From contig JANMFL010000194.1 in NCBI GenBank assembly GCA_031377945.1, positions 1 through 41,697 of the forward strand: a stretch of DNA of 41,697 nt. The letters run 5' to 3'. The position numbers were made by a program, and so were the translations under genes. How positions within the stretch are numbered: the first letter of the stretch is position 1; the number at the start of each line of letters is the position of its first letter. The stretch comes from Acidimicrobiaceae bacterium. Its GTDB lineage: Bacteria > Actinomycetota > Acidimicrobiia > Acidimicrobiales > Ilumatobacteraceae. Shown here piece by piece: positions 39,845-41,697 of the stretch. Below the pieces are notes generated by a model. The model had not been told where the DNA came from. It searched no databases and saw only the letters and a program-made list of their open reading frames with translations.

Positions 39845-40869
39845 CCGAGACCCCCGACCGACCCTTCGCCGATCTGTCCGCCCGTGGCCAACAGGCCCGG
39901 TTGCGACCAGCGGTGCTCGAGGTGCTTCGTCATTGGCCGATCGAGGTCTCCCGTGTGCGGCTGTTGAACCACGGCTACAACACCACCTATCGCGTCGACA
40001 CGGCGACGGGCGAGCGGTTCGCGCTGCGGCTCGACGTGAACCACCGCAAGCCGGTCGAGGAGCTGCGCGCCGAGATGGCGTGGCTGCGTGCGCTGGCCGA
40101 CGACACCGACCTGGTGGTGCCGGTGCCGCAGCCCACGGTCGACGGTGGTCGCACCGCGGCGGTGTTCGTGCCGGCGGTGGGCGCAACGCTCGAGGCAGCG
40201 ATGTTCTCGTGGCTCCCGGGTGCCGACTTGTCGCACCGGGCGACGCCGCACATGGTGCGCGAGCTCGGACGTGTGATGGCCGCGCTGCACACCCATGCCG
40301 AGGGCTGGGCGTTGCCAGACGGTGCGTCGTTGCCCAGTGCCGATCGCTACTGGGATCCCGGGTATCCGTTGTTCGTCTCTGGTCACCCCGAACTCACGCC
40401 TGGGCGCGTCGAGCTGTTTCGGTCGGTCGCCACACGAGTGAGCGAGGTGCACGCGCAGTTGGCGGCGACGGCCGACCCGATCGTGCTGCACGCCGACCTG
40501 CACCTGGCCAATGCGAAGTGGTACCGGGGACGGCTGTCCGTGTTCGACTTCGACGACGCACTCACCGGGGTGCGCGCCCACGACCTGGCCATCAGCACCT
40601 ACTACCTGCGCCCGCGCACGGAACTGGTGGACGCACTGTTCGAGGGGTACGCCTCGGCGCGTCCGTTGCCCCAGCTGCGCGACGATCAGCTCGAGGTGCT
40701 GCTCGCGGCACGCAACCTGCTGCTGGCGCACGAGCTCACCGACACCGACAGCGGCGACTTCCGTGCACTGCTGCCCCAGTTCATGAAGAACTCCGAGATC
40801 CGCCTCCGCCACTTCCTCGACACGGGCGAGCTGCGCCACGACCTCCCCGGCGTCGTCCCGCTCTGGTGA
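39841..40869 (+). CDS. Phosphotransferase (APH / choline-kinase-like) family protein
   Basis: ATG 39841 overlaps the lhr TGA as ATGA. Motifs are VLHADLHLANAKW (the H-x-D-x4-N catalytic loop) and VFDFDDA (the DFD metal site). Confidence 0.85.
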   Translation: MTETPDRPFADLSARGQQARLRPAVLEVLRHWPIEVSRVRLLNHGYNTTYRVDTATGERFALRLDVNHRKPVEELRAEMAWLRALADDTDLVVPVPQPTVDGGRTAAVFVPAVGATLEAAMFSWLPGADLSHRATPHMVRELGRVMAALHTHAEGWALPDGASLPSADRYWDPGYPLFVSGHPELTPGRVELFRSVATRVSEVHAQLAATADPIVLHADLHLANAKWYRGRLSVFDFDDALTGVRAHDLAISTYYLRPRTELVDALFEGYASARPLPQLRDDQLEVLLAARNLLLAHELTDTDSGDFRALLPQFMKNSEIRLRHFLDTGELRHDLPGVVPLW

Positions 40870-40930
40870 ACCGCGCGAACTTAAGTTCCTGGTGAACGGC
40901 GCGAACTCACGTTCCTGGTGAACGGCGCGG
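40863..40930 (+). repeat. 26-bp tandem array (about 2.6 units) of the GAACTTAAGTTC repeat family
   Basis: The units are ctggtgaac-c-gcgcgaac-ttaagttc (40863-40888), ctggtgaac-g-gcgcgaac-tcacgttc (40889-40914) and ctggtgaac-g-gcgcgg (partial). The array starts inside the last codons of the kinase gene and ends at the TetR stop. Confidence 0.85.
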
Positions 40931-41515
40931 TCAGCCGCGGTGGACGGCCCGGAGGCCGGCCCAGGCCAGGTCGGCCATCTGCTGGCCGAGCAGCTCGGGG
41001 TCGAACACGACACCCTTCTCGACCAGGTGGCGACTGACGCCCTCGGCCAGTCCGACCAGACCGTGGGCCAGCATCTCCTGGTGTTCGCCCTCGATGTCGG
41101 CGGCGATGAACGGGGCGATCGCCTGCGCGGCCTCGGCGGTGATGCGCCGGACGGCGATGGTCGACTCCTCGTCGCGGCTGGCCCGCGAGCCGAACAGGAG
41201 CAGGAAGGCGTCGTGGTCGTCGGCCACCCAGCGGAAGTAGGCCTTGAACCCGAGTTCGGTCTGCTGCTTGCCGGAGGTGGCGTCGGCGACGGCATTGCGC
41301 ACGGCGTTGCGCAACCGCGACCCGGCCTCGTCGAGCAGCGCCATGTACAGGTCCTGCTTGCTGTCGAAGTGCTGGTAGAGCACGGGTTTCGTGACTCCGG
41401 CGGCGTCGGCGACGTCGTTCATCGAGGTGGAGTGGAAGCCACGATGGGCGAAGACCTGCACGGACACGTCGAGGATCTGCTCACGTCGGGCAGGGGCAGG
41501 AAGACGCATGCTCAT
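40931..41515 (-). CDS. TetR-family transcriptional regulator
   Basis: The 194-aa ORF has the N-terminal HTH REQILDVSVQVFAHRGFHSTSMNDVADAAGVTKPVLYQHFDSKQDLY. Confidence 0.9.
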   Translation of the reverse strand: MSMRLPAPARREQILDVSVQVFAHRGFHSTSMNDVADAAGVTKPVLYQHFDSKQDLYMALLDEAGSRLRNAVRNAVADATSGKQQTELGFKAYFRWVADDHDAFLLLFGSRASRDEESTIAVRRITAEAAQAIAPFIAADIEGEHQEMLAHGLVGLAEGVSRHLVEKGVVFDPELLGQQMADLAWAGLRAVHRG

Positions 41516-41519
41516 AGGG

Positions 41520-41535
41520 GTTACCAGAGAGTAAC
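41520..41535. promoter_or_regulatory. Small inverted repeat GTTAC-N6-GTAAC abutting the TetR start; candidate operator
   Basis: The sequence is gGTTACcagagaGTAACtgg, 5 nt upstream of ATG 41515. It is relatively AT-rich for this DNA. The call rests on position and symmetry only. Confidence 0.25.
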
Positions 41536-41573
41536 TGGACGGACGGCCGGGCGAAACCCCGCCCGCGATCGAG

Positions 41574-41697
41574 TCACAGTCCGCGCTCGCGGTCCTCGCG
41601 CTCGGCAGCTTTCACGGCGTACCCCAGCACGATCGCCGGCGCCAGCAGCACCGAACCGATGATGACCGAGCCGATGACGATCGACGACACCGCAGCG
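41574..41697 (-). CDS. C-terminal end of a membrane protein; partial, N-terminus lies beyond the window end
   Basis: My hand translation of the minus strand gives ...AAVSSIVIGSVIIGSVLLAPAIVLGYAVKAAEREDRERGL followed by a stop (TGA at 41574-41576). Third-position GC is high and there is a hydrophobic helix. No family could be assigned. Confidence 0.35.
   Translation of the reverse strand, partial: AAVSSIVIGSVIIGSVLLAPAIVLGYAVKAAEREDRERGL

Noticed and set aside
2015-40898. The 28-bp perfect direct repeats about 38.9 kb apart could be attL/attR of an integrated island.
   Set aside because: The intervening DNA is core housekeeping (heme synthesis, dtd, lnt, lhr). No integrase or tRNA is present at either end. 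A third variant unit sits in tandem at the right locus, and both copies occupy the same convergent-gene context. A dispersed REP-like family fits better.

Overview
The window is very GC-rich, with strong third-codon-position GC bias and Arg/Pro-rich shadow ORFs on the non-coding frames. It looks like densely packed chromosome from a high-G+C Actinomycetota-type organism; I cannot assign a genus. I support about 37 protein-coding genes and found no rRNA, tRNA or CRISPR.

Left to right:
- A partial GT-C-like membrane protein, a 5' nitroreductase remnant and a SAM methyltransferase.
- A long minus-strand run: aldose-epimerase-like, GT4 glycosyltransferase, methyltransferase, prenyltransferase/terpene-cyclase-fold protein, ALDH7-type piperideine-6-carboxylate dehydrogenase and a lysine-6-dehydrogenase-like enzyme.
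- dtd, then an aminotransferase plus 2-hydroxyacid dehydrogenase, then an Lnt-like protein.
- A roughly 1010-aa sortase-substrate surface protein facing a lipobox-bearing sortase that sits 4 nt behind hemE-hemH-hemY.
- An SDR, a signal-peptide-bearing Hcp1-family protein, a HelD-like SF1 ATPase and two lipoproteins.
- A DtxR-family regulator and an SF2 helicase.
- A tnpB element, then a YjjW/YjjI-type glycyl-radical enzyme pair.
- A Tat multicopper oxidase with an ECF sigma/anti-sigma pair.
- Lhr, an APH-like kinase, a TetR regulator and a partial membrane protein.

Observations most worth follow-up:
1. A stand-alone Hcp1 homologue carries a twin-arginine signal peptide, with no T6SS genes nearby.
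2. A tnpB-only element is bounded by 33-bp terminal inverted repeats and a 9-bp direct repeat. It is inserted exactly at the stop codon of the radical-SAM activase.
3. An orphan YjjI/YjjW glycyl-radical pair is divergent from an O2-dependent multicopper oxidase.
4. An ~85-bp two-hairpin repeat occurs twice, each time just upstream of and co-oriented with a gene.
5. An 11-bp phased C-rich (G4-capable) array lies upstream of the SF2 helicase.
6. The Lnt homologue has no cysteine in its CN-hydrolase domain.
7. A 26-28-bp GAACTTAAGTTC repeat family lies between convergent genes at both ends of the window.

All homology calls are by eye from motifs. No database search was run.
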